From positions 64,968 through 128,967 of IMG/VR virus record IMGVR_UViG_3300027969_000052: a DNA stretch of 64,000 nt. The stretch is one strand, 5' to 3'. A program made the translations under genes and the position numbers. How positions within the stretch are numbered: position 1 is the first letter of the stretch; each line of letters starts with the position of its first letter. The notes under the pieces were generated by a model, which did no database searches, was not told where the DNA came from, and saw only the letters and a program-made list of their open reading frames with translations. The DNA is from a virus. Shown one piece after another: positions 37,537 through 49,600 of this stretch.

Positions 37537-39771
37537 ATGGCAGGCATAGACTCTTCAGAATCGCCAAGATACGGCCACCCTGGTCCGTACCTTGCAGTTG
37601 TTACACATAATCAGGACCCTACATTTATGGGAAGCCTGGAAGTAATGTTGCTTGAAGGAACAACACCAGATCCGGAAAACAAAGTCCAAGGCGAAACTAT
37701 TACAGTTAAGTATCTCCCAAGTTTCTTTGGTTATACAAATCAACAGTGGGAAGGCAACGATTCGTCAAAGTTTGATGATGTTCAAAAAAGCTATGGCATG
37801 TGGTTCATTCCACCGGACTTGGGAACGGTCGTTTTTGTTATGTTTGTTGGCGGCGATAAAAATTCAGGTTACTGGCTAGGAGTTGTGCCCGACAAATTTC
37901 AAAACCATATGGTGCCCGGCATTGCGGCTTCGAAGTTTGTTGCAATGACACCGGAACAAGAAAGAAAATATGGAACAAAAAATCTTCCAGTGGCCGAATT
38001 CTCAAAGAGAAATAGAGATTTAAGTAATCCCAAACGTGACGAATATACGAAACCAATACATCCGTTTGCTGATCGATTGCTAGCACAAGGATTATTAGCA
38101 GACGATATTCGAGGAATATCTTCAAGTAGTGCTCGAAGAGAACACCCGAGTAGTGTTTATGGAATTTCAACTCCAGGTCCAGTTGATGCTTCTATTAATG
38201 CTCCTAAAAAAGAGCTTGGATACAATAGTGGTAAACTAGTAGCATTCGTCAGCCGGCTTGGTGGTCATCAAATAGTTATGGATGACGGAAAACTTTTGAA
38301 AGATCCTAAGACTGGTAAAGGTAATATTATCGACGAGTTGTTTAGAATTCGTACTAGGACCGGACATCAAATCCTTTTACACAATAGTAGTGATTTAATC
38401 TACATTGCTAATGCGGCAGGCACCGCTTGGATTGAACTAACAGCACAAGGCAAGATAGATATCTATGCGGCTGATTCGGTGAGTATCCATGCAGAAGGAG
38501 ATTTTAATCTACGTGCCGACCGAGACTTTAATATCGAAGCACTTCGAGATGTTAATATTAATGCTGGCGGTAATATAAAACAACAGACAAAAGGCAATTG
38601 GTCTGTTGACGGCGCCAGAGAGTGTTTAATGTCATTTGACGGAACATATAATTTACATTCTAGGTCAGCAGTTATCGGCATTGATGATACATTGGGAATT
38701 AATGCAGGGACTTCTATTACTATGAATTCTAGTGTTTCTACTAGCCTACTTTCATCTTTTATAACTGTGCAATCTAAAAATGAAATGTCCATTAAAGCAA
38801 CTCAGTTAAAACTGGAAGGAACTACCCAAGCTAGTGTCCGTGCCGCTGATATTAAGTTCAGCGCCACTAAATCGCTCGGAGTTCGAGGTGATGTTGATCT
38901 CAGATTAACATCTCCTAGTCTTAATATTAATGGAGCTATAGCACAACCAGCACCAGTAGCATCATCAGCCGCAACAACTGTTCGGGCTCCCACCGAGCCA
39001 ACGGCACTACCAATATACAGTTTACCAAATAGAGATGTTGACCCGGGCGGCTGGAGCGATGGAAAATTTTATAAAGCAGAAGATATTATTAGTATTATGA
39101 AGCGTGTCCCAACACACGAACCTTGGGACCAGCACGAAAACATCAATCCTACACAATTTACTGCTAAAGCAACTGACCTCGACCTTGACAACAGAGGAAC
39201 AGGTGTCCCTGGAAAAACAGTTACAGTTGAGTATAAAGCATCAACTAACGTTGCCGGAACCCCGCCGACTCCTACCGGAAATAAAGAAGAAGATAACGTT
39301 ACTGCATTCTTGTGGATGCTACGGTGCTGTGAAGGAACATCTGGCCCTGACGGCTATAGAACAAGATTCGGGCCAAGAGGAGATAATTTATTTGATATTG
39401 ACGATCCTAAATTACGAACATACCAGTTTAAAGATCATCCTAGAAAAGGATTCACATACCCTACAAAAGCAGGAACTATTACATCTACTGCGGCCGGCGC
39501 ATATCAATTTTTAAGCAAGACTTGGGACGAATGCCAGAAAGCATTATCGCTCCCAGACTTTAGTCCTAGAAGCCAAGACTTAGGTTGTATCTTTTTGTTA
39601 AAAAGAGCAGGTGCGTTAACTGCAATTAACAAGGGAGATTTTACTACCGCAATTAGTAAAACAAAACGTATTTGGGCTAGCTTACCGGGAGATGTTTACG
39701 GTCAAGGTGGAAAGAATTTTGCGCAGGCTACTGCGTTTTATAAGCAGGCCGGAGGAACCGTAACTGCGTAA
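37537..39771 (+). CDS. gp5: gp5/VgrG-like central spike with C-terminal lambda-R-type lysozyme domain
   Basis: OB-fold (GPYLAVV..DP...PPDLGTVVFVMF..G...GYWLG), RTRTGHQI beta-helix, then AFLWMLRCCEGT...DHPR...STAAGAYQFL..TW...DFSP.SQD...WASLPG..YGQ. Confidence 0.85.
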   Translation: MAGIDSSESPRYGHPGPYLAVVTHNQDPTFMGSLEVMLLEGTTPDPENKVQGETITVKYLPSFFGYTNQQWEGNDSSKFDDVQKSYGMWFIPPDLGTVVFVMFVGGDKNSGYWLGVVPDKFQNHMVPGIAASKFVAMTPEQERKYGTKNLPVAEFSKRNRDLSNPKRDEYTKPIHPFADRLLAQGLLADDIRGISSSSARREHPSSVYGISTPGPVDASINAPKKELGYNSGKLVAFVSRLGGHQIVMDDGKLLKDPKTGKGNIIDELFRIRTRTGHQILLHNSSDLIYIANAAGTAWIELTAQGKIDIYAADSVSIHAEGDFNLRADRDFNIEALRDVNINAGGNIKQQTKGNWSVDGARECLMSFDGTYNLHSRSAVIGIDDTLGINAGTSITMNSSVSTSLLSSFITVQSKNEMSIKATQLKLEGTTQASVRAADIKFSATKSLGVRGDVDLRLTSPSLNINGAIAQPAPVASSAATTVRAPTEPTALPIYSLPNRDVDPGGWSDGKFYKAEDIISIMKRVPTHEPWDQHENINPTQFTAKATDLDLDNRGTGVPGKTVTVEYKASTNVAGTPPTPTGNKEEDNVTAFLWMLRCCEGTSGPDGYRTRFGPRGDNLFDIDDPKLRTYQFKDHPRKGFTYPTKAGTITSTAAGAYQFLSKTWDECQKALSLPDFSPRSQDLGCIFLLKRAGALTAINKGDFTTAISKTKRIWASLPGDVYGQGGKNFAQATAFYKQAGGTVTA

Positions 39772-39773
39772 CG

Positions 39774-39781
39774 GTTAAATA
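39774..39781 (+). promoter_or_regulatory. Late promoter motif GTTAAATA, 6 nt before ATG
   Basis: GTTAAATA-TAGATT-ATG. Confidence 0.65.
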
Positions 39782-39787
39782 TAGATT

Positions 39788-40225
39788 ATGCCATACAAAA
39801 ATCAAATAATTCAACCTGCAAACTATTCTGAACAGCATAGACTACAAACTAGTCAATTCTATAAAGGATTTAGTACATTAGATCCTCAACAGCGTAATAG
39901 CAAGCTCTACGATTTTGACGTAATTAAACAAGATCTAATGAATCATTTTAGCACTAGAAAAGGTGAAAGAGTAATGAATCCGGAGTTTGGAAGCATTATT
40001 TGGAATTTATTGTTTGAGCCATTTACGCAAGACATTCGAAACGCAATAGACACAGATATTAAACAAATTTTAGGTGCTGATCCAAGGATCACTAGCCCCA
40101 AAATTAACGTAGCAGAGGCTGAGTACGGCCTATTGTTAGAAGTTACAATGACGTTTACTGGAACTGATCAATCACAAACATTACGTTTAGCATTTGATAA
40201 GAACGCCGGTTTGTCTGTACAATAA
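39788..40225 (+). CDS. gp25: Baseplate wedge protein, gp25 family
   Basis: IKQDLMNHFSTRKGERVMNPEFGSIIWNLLFEP...DPRI. Confidence 0.92.
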   Translation: MPYKNQIIQPANYSEQHRLQTSQFYKGFSTLDPQQRNSKLYDFDVIKQDLMNHFSTRKGERVMNPEFGSIIWNLLFEPFTQDIRNAIDTDIKQILGADPRITSPKINVAEAEYGLLLEVTMTFTGTDQSQTLRLAFDKNAGLSVQ

Positions 40226-40245
40226 TATACCGAGATAATTTTTTC

Positions 40246-40253
40246 AATAAATA
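40246..40253 (+). promoter_or_regulatory. Late promoter motif AATAAATA
   Basis: Intergenic, upstream of the gp6-like gene. Confidence 0.6.
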
Positions 40254-40277
40254 TGTTATCCGGATGGCTTAACATAT

Positions 40278-43200
40278 ATGATACCTTCAACAAATAACAA
40301 ACTATTAGTTGCCGAAGATTGGACTAGAATTTACCAATCATTCAAAAACGCAGACTTCAAATCTTACGATTTTGACACGCTACGCCGTGTAATGATTCAA
40401 TACCTTCGAGATAACTATCCCGAAGAATTTAATGATTATATTGATAGCTCAGAATTTATTGCATTAGTTGATCTTATTGCGTACCTAGGGCAAAATCTAA
40501 GTTTCCGTATTGATTTAAATGCCCGTGAAAACTTTTTAGAAACAGCTCAGCGCAAAGATAGCGTTTTACGTTTAGCACAACTTATTAGCTACTCTCCTAA
40601 AAGAAATACTCCAGCAACGGGCTTCTTAAAAATAACAGCATTATCAACTACAGATAATGTATTCGATAGCAACAATACAAACTTAGCCAATCAAATTATT
40701 GTCTGGAATGACGTATCGAGCACAAATTGGTACCAACAATTCATAACGGTTATTAATTCTGCCATGCCGGGCCTTATGGCATACGGTCAACCCAATGACA
40801 AAGCAACAATTAACGGTGTATCGACCGAACAGTATAAAATAAATTCTAAAAATACTGATGTTCCTGTTTATTCATTTACAAAATCTATTAACGGAGTTAC
40901 AATGGGTTTTGAAATTGTTAGTTCAGGATTCAAAGACTCTACAACAGTTTACGAAGAATCACCTGTCCCCGGAAGAAATTTTGGTCTAATCTTTAAGAAT
41001 GATAATAAAGGCGCCGGCTCTGCAAACACAGGATTTTTTGTATTATTCAAGCAAGGAACATTAAACAGTCAAGCATTTAACATTGACAGACCGGTTGCTG
41101 ACGAAGTAGTTGGAGTTAATGTTAATGATATTAATGAAACAGACGTATGGCTATGGCAACTTGATACTTCAGGAAATTATTCAACAGAATGGACAAAAGT
41201 ATCTTCTACAGTTGGCAACAATGTTATCTATAATAGTATTAATCTCGACAACAGAACTTTTTTTGCAGTAACAACTCGTAATAACGATCAAGTCGATTTA
41301 AACTTTGCCGACGGAAACTTTGGCGACCTTCCGAAAGGAGCATTTAGATTATTCTATCGCCAAAGCAACGGATTAAGTTATGTAATCAGTCCTGATGCAA
41401 TAAATGGTATTACTCTTAGAATCCCGTATACAAATAAATCAGGCCAAAGCCATATTTTAACATTGACATTGAGTCTGCAATATAGTGTAATTAATAGCGC
41501 ACCCTCAGAAACTATTGCATCAATAAAGAAAAAAGCTCCGCAAAATTATTACATTCAAAATCGTATGATTACTGCTGAGGACTATAATGTTGCTCCGGTT
41601 ACTATCGCGGCTGATATTTTAAAAGTTAAAAGTGTTAATAGACAAAGTTCAGGAATCTCAAAATATTTTGATCTTACTGATGTAACAGGAAAATACAGCC
41701 AAGTTGATATTTTTGCACATGATGGAATTCTTTACAAAGAGGATCAACGAAATCAATTTACATTTTCTTTTACAACACGAAATGAAGCATTTGGTGCATT
41801 GAAGCACCAAGTTGAGCCGCTAATCAATAGTGCAAGTCTTAGAAATTTTTACTTTGATAAATTTCCAAGAGCAGACTTAACTAATATTTCTATTGATTGG
41901 ACGTTTAATCGTGCCCAGTCAAATCAGACTAGGGGATATTTTAAAAACAAGTTTGATAAAATTCCTACACAATTAGGATATTTTTCTAGTAACAATGCAA
42001 TGTATCTAGAGGCAGGATCTTTAGTTAAATTCTCTGCGCCTGCGATTGTTACTAATGATAATACTACACTTCAATATTTCCAGCCAAACGGAAAACTAAC
42101 AACAGTTAAAGATGGCAATACAAGAGATTATCTTTGGGCTAAAGTAGTTAAGGTTGTCGGAGATGGAGCCAATAGCGGTGTAGGATTACTGTATGATGGA
42201 ACAGGCCCGGTAATTTTAACAGGTTACATTCCAGACGGTGCAGTCGCTACAGAATGTATTCCTCCTTATCAAACAACATTAAGCTATGCATTAGAAAACG
42301 AAATTGTAAATCAGATGGTTGCTAAGAGAAACTTTGGTTTAAGTTTTGATCGTTTAAGTCGTGAATGGTTTATTATTGTTGACACTAATCTTGATTTAAA
42401 AACAGAATTTAATCTAATCTATCAAGGAGATACTAGTAATCTTAACATTGATAGTTCGTGGCAGATTGCGTTTCAATGGACTGGAAAGAGCTATACTACA
42501 TTTTATAGAGAAACTAATTATTTGTTTAAAAGCGAACAACAAACAGGCTTCTTTATTGATGCCTATAAAACAAATTTTGACTTTGTTTCAAACTCAGTAA
42601 TTAAAGATAAGATCTCAGTGCTAGGTATTAATACTGCGCCTAATACAACTTCAACTTCTGCATTGGGCATTGATTATAGCTGGCAAATAGATAGTAATAT
42701 TATTGAAAACGATGGTTACATCGATCCTAAAAAAGTATCTATCAGTTTCTTTGATGCTAAGAATGACGGACAAATTGATGACCCCGATAGCTTTGAAAAA
42801 ATCACAGCATCGACTGCTGTTTCGGCCCAAACTGGGTATCTAAATAATTTTATTTTCTTTCAAAAAAATGTTGACGGATTACGATCTAAACTCGTAAGTA
42901 CTGATCTATTTGAGATTTATCCGTCTGAAGACGATGTAATAACTACTCCAGTAGACGGCCAGTTATTTTATTTTTATACTACAGATGTAGTAAAATATTG
43001 GTCAGAAGACAATCAACAATATCTACTGACAACTGAATATTTTGCTAAACCGGGACGGTCGGGCCTAAAATTTCACTACCTACATAACAGCGGTTCTGAA
43101 AAAAGAATTGATCCTGCAAAGAGCAATATCATCGACATTTATATTTTAACTAGTACCTACGACGCAGAATTTAGAAATTGGTTAGTCTCTGGAGGTACTA

Positions 43201-43667
43201 AGCCTCTAGCACCAACAGTATCTATGTTAGAAGATACATATAGTAAGAGTCTCGAACCGATAAAAAGTGTAAGCGATTCAATCGTTTATCATCCAGCAAA
43301 ATATAAAATTTTATTCGGTGATAAGGCATCCCCAAATCTTCAAGCAACCTTCCGTGCTAGTAAAAATTCTAATCGCTCTGTTAGCGATAACGATTTAAAG
43401 ACAAGAATTATTGCGGCTATCGGTGAGTTTTTTGCAATTGAAAATTGGGACTTCGGAGATACATTCCATTTTAGTGAATTGTCTACTTACGTTATGAATG
43501 TCATGACTCCTGATATTACTAATTTTATTGTTGTATCTAATAACGGAAGTGCGTTCGGAAACTTGTACGAAATTGCTAGTCAAGCAGATGAAATATTTGT
43601 TTCAGGATTAACAGTTAATGATATAGAGATTATCGGTGCAGTAACACCAGGCAAACTTATAGTTTAA
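40278..43667 (+). CDS. gp6: Baseplate wedge protein, gp6 family (extended)
   Basis: DFDTLR, ENFLETAQRKDSVLRLAQLISYSPKR, FADGNFG, ETIASIKKKAP, QNRMITAEDY motifs. Confidence 0.9.
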   Translation: MIPSTNNKLLVAEDWTRIYQSFKNADFKSYDFDTLRRVMIQYLRDNYPEEFNDYIDSSEFIALVDLIAYLGQNLSFRIDLNARENFLETAQRKDSVLRLAQLISYSPKRNTPATGFLKITALSTTDNVFDSNNTNLANQIIVWNDVSSTNWYQQFITVINSAMPGLMAYGQPNDKATINGVSTEQYKINSKNTDVPVYSFTKSINGVTMGFEIVSSGFKDSTTVYEESPVPGRNFGLIFKNDNKGAGSANTGFFVLFKQGTLNSQAFNIDRPVADEVVGVNVNDINETDVWLWQLDTSGNYSTEWTKVSSTVGNNVIYNSINLDNRTFFAVTTRNNDQVDLNFADGNFGDLPKGAFRLFYRQSNGLSYVISPDAINGITLRIPYTNKSGQSHILTLTLSLQYSVINSAPSETIASIKKKAPQNYYIQNRMITAEDYNVAPVTIAADILKVKSVNRQSSGISKYFDLTDVTGKYSQVDIFAHDGILYKEDQRNQFTFSFTTRNEAFGALKHQVEPLINSASLRNFYFDKFPRADLTNISIDWTFNRAQSNQTRGYFKNKFDKIPTQLGYFSSNNAMYLEAGSLVKFSAPAIVTNDNTTLQYFQPNGKLTTVKDGNTRDYLWAKVVKVVGDGANSGVGLLYDGTGPVILTGYIPDGAVATECIPPYQTTLSYALENEIVNQMVAKRNFGLSFDRLSREWFIIVDTNLDLKTEFNLIYQGDTSNLNIDSSWQIAFQWTGKSYTTFYRETNYLFKSEQQTGFFIDAYKTNFDFVSNSVIKDKISVLGINTAPNTTSTSALGIDYSWQIDSNIIENDGYIDPKKVSISFFDAKNDGQIDDPDSFEKITASTAVSAQTGYLNNFIFFQKNVDGLRSKLVSTDLFEIYPSEDDVITTPVDGQLFYFYTTDVVKYWSEDNQQYLLTTEYFAKPGRSGLKFHYLHNSGSEKRIDPAKSNIIDIYILTSTYDAEFRNWLVSGGTKPLAPTVSMLEDTYSKSLEPIKSVSDSIVYHPAKYKILFGDKASPNLQATFRASKNSNRSVSDNDLKTRIIAAIGEFFAIENWDFGDTFHFSELSTYVMNVMTPDITNFIVVSNNGSAFGNLYEIASQADEIFVSGLTVNDIEIIGAVTPGKLIV

Positions 43668-43679
43668 TAGAAGCGATAC

Positions 43680-46600
43680 ATGAAAAGAAAAAAAAGTCCT
43701 AACGAGCTAGTTGACGCATACAACGCAGACGCATCTGACCATCAACGTCAAACTGCTAACCTTTTACCGGGATACCTTCAAACAGATAAAAATAAAAGAT
43801 TCTTATCTGCAACATTAGACAAACTAATTGAAGTTCCACAAATTGAACGTATTAATGCATTTGTCGGTAGCAAATTAACTAATACATTTAATCCTGAGAC
43901 AGATCAATATTTAGATAGCACAACAGAACTTGCAAAAGATTATCAATTAGAGCCTGCATTAATAATCAAAAATGCAAAGAATAATATTGATAAAGTCCAA
44001 ACCTATGATGATTTATTATCTAGTTTGGCATTTGCTGGCTCGCCCGCTAAAAATCATGATAGAATTTTACAGGCTAAAACATTTAGTTATAATCCCCATA
44101 TTGACTGGGATAAGTTTGTAAACTATAATCAATACTATTGGTTAGAAGCTGGTCCTGATTTAATCGAAATCACAGGACCAATAAAAGCCACTGTTAGCAC
44201 ATACACAGTAACTGACAGTCCTGATACAGATGTTTGGATTATTAGTCCAGACGGCCTAACACCAAATCCTGTTCTAACATTGTTTAGAGGCATGACGTAT
44301 GTGTTTAATGTAGACAGCAGTCATAATTTTTATATCAAGACAGCAATAAGTTACGGTAAAGAAGATACCTACGACAAAGCATTAAACAATGGACCTAAAC
44401 AAGGTCAGGTAATTTTAACAGTTGACGATAACACACCGTCGACTTTATTCTATGTTGCTAGCGATGACCAACGGATTGCTGGCCGAATTATTGTTAAAAA
44501 ATTAACTGAAAATTCTGAAATTGATGTTGAAAAAGATATCTTAGGAAAGACGACTTATAGTTCAGGTAACGATGTACAATTCACTAATGGACTAATGGTA
44601 TATTTTAGCGGCCAAGTTACTCCGGAAAAGTATAAAAATAAAAGATATATTGTTGAGGGTGTTGGCGAAGAGATTGTTTTAATCGATTTTGATACATTAA
44701 AGAATAATGTCAACGCATCAAATAATTTGGACACCGACTTTGACGTTGAGCCGTTTGATAAGTTTCCGTTCGACGACTTTAGAAATGCTCCGATATCTCC
44801 TGAGTATGTAACTATTAATCGAGCAAGTAGAGACTTAAATCCGTGGACTCGGTATAATCGCTGGTTCCATAAAGATGTTATTGCGGCCTCTGCTACAGCT
44901 AACGGCACTGATCCCGTTTATCCTGTCGATAAGCGAGCCAAGAGACCTATTATTGAATTCCGACCAAACATCAAATTGTATAATTTTGGTTACTCGGCAA
45001 TGTCAAATATTAACTTAATGGATAACTCAACTCTTGATGCATTTACTAATGTTGAAAGAAGTTTTGGTTATTATGTTGATGGAGTAAAACTAGAAGAAGG
45101 TTTTAGAGTTATATTCAATGCAGATACTGATCCGTTAGTTAGAGGTCGAGTTTATACTGTAAAATTTGAAGACCTTGACGGGAATCAAAGAATTAATCTT
45201 ATTGAAGATCCTCAAGGAATCCCATATGACGGCGCAACGATTGTTAATTCCGACGGAACTAACTATAAAGGGTCTAGTTGGTTATGGAACGGAACAAGCT
45301 GGGATCCAGCCCAACAAAAGACAACAATTAATCAAGCGCCGATTTTTGATTTGTTTGATGAGAATGGCATAAGTTTTAGTAACACTGATTACTATCAAGG
45401 CAGTTTTGCAGGCACACGCATATTTGGATATACTGAAGGCACCGTCTATGATTCAGTATTAGGATTAAATTTAAAATTCTTAAATGTGGCAAACATTGGA
45501 GATTTCTTATTCTCTAATTATTTTAATACAGATAGTTTTGTTATTTCAAATACAGCTAAAAACATAGTATTCCCGGTCAGTTCTGGTTATTTAAAAATTG
45601 CCACAGATAGTTCAACTTCATTTAATAACGTATGGGTAGAATCAGAAAGTTCTCGTATTCCTATTTTACAATACAACATAATTACTGAGATTTCTAACAT
45701 AGTAGAAATTAATGCAATTGACTATCCCGGTTGGACTGAAGATCTTACAATCGATGTTTGGATAAATGATAAAAAACAAAAGTTAGGTACTGATTTTAAT
45801 TTTTCCGTCCAAGATCAATTTTATTTTGCAATTTTTGTAAACAATTTAGCATTACATGATAAAGTATTATTCAAGATATATACTACTCGAGCACCGAATG
45901 CATTAGGTTACTACGAGCCTAGCCCGGCGCTAACAAACAATCCAACGAACGGTCCTATAGCACAAGTGACTCTTGCAGAAATGTCTGATAACTTTAAAAC
46001 TATAGTAGAACGTTTAGATAATTTTAGCGGTAACGTTATAGGAGAAAATAATTTTCGAGACCTGGGACAAGCATCAAAGTACGGCACTCGATTAATTAGT
46101 CATCAGTATCCTCTTAGCTTTGCCCAGCTTTTTTTAGGACAGCAAGAATATAATTTAGTAACAGCTATAAGAAAAGTTGCAAACGATTATTACTATTATA
46201 AAAATTCTTTTGTCAATAAACTACTTACAATCCCTAAAGAAACATTGCCGAGAGATGCAGTAGATCAAATACTAGTTGAATTAAATTTAGGTAAAGATAT
46301 TAACTTTCCTTACGGTTTTAGTGATATGTTGACTTATGGAAAAGATTATAAATCTAGAACCTATACAGTTACAGACACGAGAATTACTAGTTACAGTATT
46401 GATTCATCGTTTGACAGTTCAGCACTAACAGAAAGAGCCATCTTAGTTTATAGAAATGATTTAATCCTAACTCATGGAGTAGACTATACATTTGACAAAT
46501 ATCAAGCAAATGTAACTTTTAATTTTACATTAACATTAGGTGATGTTATTGTTATTAAAGATTATGCAACAACTGAAGGTTGTTACATTCCTCCAACACC

Positions 46601-49600
46601 TACAAAACTTGGATTGTTTCCAAAATATCAACCTCAGTTATACATAGACGACACATACTTAACATCAACAAAAGTCCTACAGGGGCACGATGGCAGTATT
46701 ATGGTTGCTTTTAATGATTATAGAGATGACATTTTATTTGAATTTGAAACTAGAATTTTTAATAACATAAAAGTTTCTTATAATGCTGATCTAATAAATG
46801 TAAATTCAATTCTGCCCGGAGCCTACAGAACAAATGCCTTTACTCCTGTAGAAGTTACACAAATATTAGAAGTAGAATTTTTACGCTGGGCAGGAATGTC
46901 GGGAGTTGACCACACTACTAATTCTGGAACTTCTCAAGGACAACCTCGCACATACAATTACAGAGAATCCTCTACCGGAGCAATACAAACTTTAACAGTT
47001 CCTGGTCATTGGAGAGGAATTTTTAAATATTTTTACGATACTGATCGACCACATACTAGTCCTTGGGAAATGTTAGGCTTCACAGAAAAACCTCTTTGGT
47101 GGACAACTGTATACGGATTAGCACCATACACTTCAGGAAATACAATCTTATGGAGAGACATTGCAAATGGTGTTATTAAGCAAGGTAGTCGAGCAGGAAC
47201 TTGGTTAGAATATTCTCGACAAAATCTTCTTGATTACTTGCCTGTGGATGAATACGGAAATTTAAAAGATCCCGTTAGTATTGGACTTATTAAAGATTTA
47301 TCGTTTACAACTATTGATGCCCCTTGGAAATTTGGTGATCATGCTCCGGCTGAAACGGCATGGAGAAGAAGTGTCCTTTGGCCATTTGCAGTTCAAGTAC
47401 TAGCCGCGCTAACGAATCCTGCGGCCTATGCGGCTCTAATGTTTGATCCTGTGAGAATTAAAAAATCAATAGCAGGGCAGTACAGCTACGGTGATAACGA
47501 AGAATTATTAAAAATTAATAATGTAATCTTATACAGAGATACAATTGATAATCAAAGACAACTAGCATCGGGATATAGTGTGATGCTAATTGAACATGGA
47601 TTACAAAAATCTTCAAATTTCTTAACTTCGTTAAAACTTGATATTTCTAATATCGAGTATAGATTAGTTTATAAAGCAGAAGGTTTTATATCAAAAGAAA
47701 AACTAAAAGTTGTCATTGATTCAGTTGATCCAACTAGCACTAATCCTGGTGTATTATTGCCCGCTGAAGATTATAATATTGTCTTATCTAAAAGCAATCC
47801 TATAAGCACATTTAGAATTAGCGGAGTGATAGTCCAGAAAGGTCAAGGATTTTGGACAGTTCGAGGATATGACAAGTATAAACCGTACTTTGAAATTGTT
47901 GAACCGATACACGGCCTGGGAGATTCTGAAATAAGAGTTGGTGGTAAAGGTGAAAACTATCTTACATGGGCGCAAAATAAATTTTATCAATCGGGTCAAG
48001 TAGTTTTTAACAGTAATATATTTTATCGTACAAAGTCAAGTCATACATCCGATACATCCTTTGACGTAACTAAGTTTCAAAAATTAAACGGGTTACCAGT
48101 CACTGGCGGTATATCGGTTGCTAAATCTAAAAATTACAACAGTACAATTACAAAGATTCCTTATGGAACAAAGTTTTTAACTCAACAAGCTATTGCAGAT
48201 TTCTTGCTTGGCTACGGAAAATATCTTGAAAATCAAGGGTTTGTCTTTGACTATCTAAATTCCGAATTTAGCGAAATAATGAATTGGGAATTTAGCACCA
48301 AAGAATTTTTATTCTGGGCAACACAAAACTGGTCAGTCGGGTCTATTATCACATTAAGCCCATTTGCAGACAAATTAAAATTTAGCACTACAAGTGGAAT
48401 CGGTGATGCAGTCTACGGAGTGGCAGATGATCTGTATAATGAAAATTATGAATTTAGTTTACTATCGGCTGACGGAAGTGCGTTTCCGAAAAATGGATTT
48501 CTTTTAAGTAGGCTCGACGGCGAATTCGAAATTAGTACAGCATTTCCTAGAGTAGGTGTTTACTATGCTCAGTTCAATATGATACAAAAACAACATGCTA
48601 TTGTTTTTAACAATTATAGTATGTTCAATGATATCATATACGATGTAGAAACTGGATACCGCCAGCGCCGAGTAAAATTAATTGGCTTTAGAACTAGCGA
48701 ATGGACAGGCGGGTTTACAAGTCCGGGATTTGTCTTTGATGAAGCAATAGTCAACGACTGGCAAGCATATAAAGATTATAGTGCAGGCGAAGTTGTAAGA
48801 TACAACGGCAGATATTACGGCGCAATAACAAAGATATTTGGCGCAGATACATTTAATTTTGATAACTGGAATAAGCTAGCTGAAGAACCATCCCCTGGGC
48901 TATTACCAAACTTTGATTATAAAATTAGTCAGTTTGAGGATTTTTATAGTTTAGATATTGATAATTTTGATACGGGCCAGCAACAAATGGCACAACATCT
49001 AACAGGATATAGTCCCCGTGTTTACTTAGATAATATCTTTAATGACGGTATTGCTCAATACAAGTTCTATCAAGGATATATTCGTGAAAAGGGTACAGCT
49101 AATGCAATTAACAAAATATCTAAAGCTACAGTTAATAGTCTAAAAGGTAAGGCAACATTTAATGAGTCGTGGGCTTTCCGTATAGGACATTTTGGCGGTT
49201 ATAACACTTACCAAGAATTGGAAATAAATCTCGACGACAGTAAGTTTATACAAAATCCACAGATTGTTCAATTTATTGATTATGAAAAAATTACAAATGA
49301 TTTTACGTATTACAAACCTGTAAAAGATGTTCTGATTCAACCAGAAGACTATGATTGGAAAACAGTATTCCCGACATTTGATCCTATCGCATTCGGCGAC
49401 TCTAACAACATCGATTATATAACTCCTCTTCCAAATGCAGGGTATGTGCGGTTAGATGATATAACAGCAACAGCATTTAATAAAAATAGTCTATTGGACA
49501 TTGCAAGTGCAGATGCTATTAAAGAAGGATCAACATTTTGGCTCGGATTCCGGGAAGATGGCGATTGGGATGTATTACGTTATACTAGACAGAAAAATGC

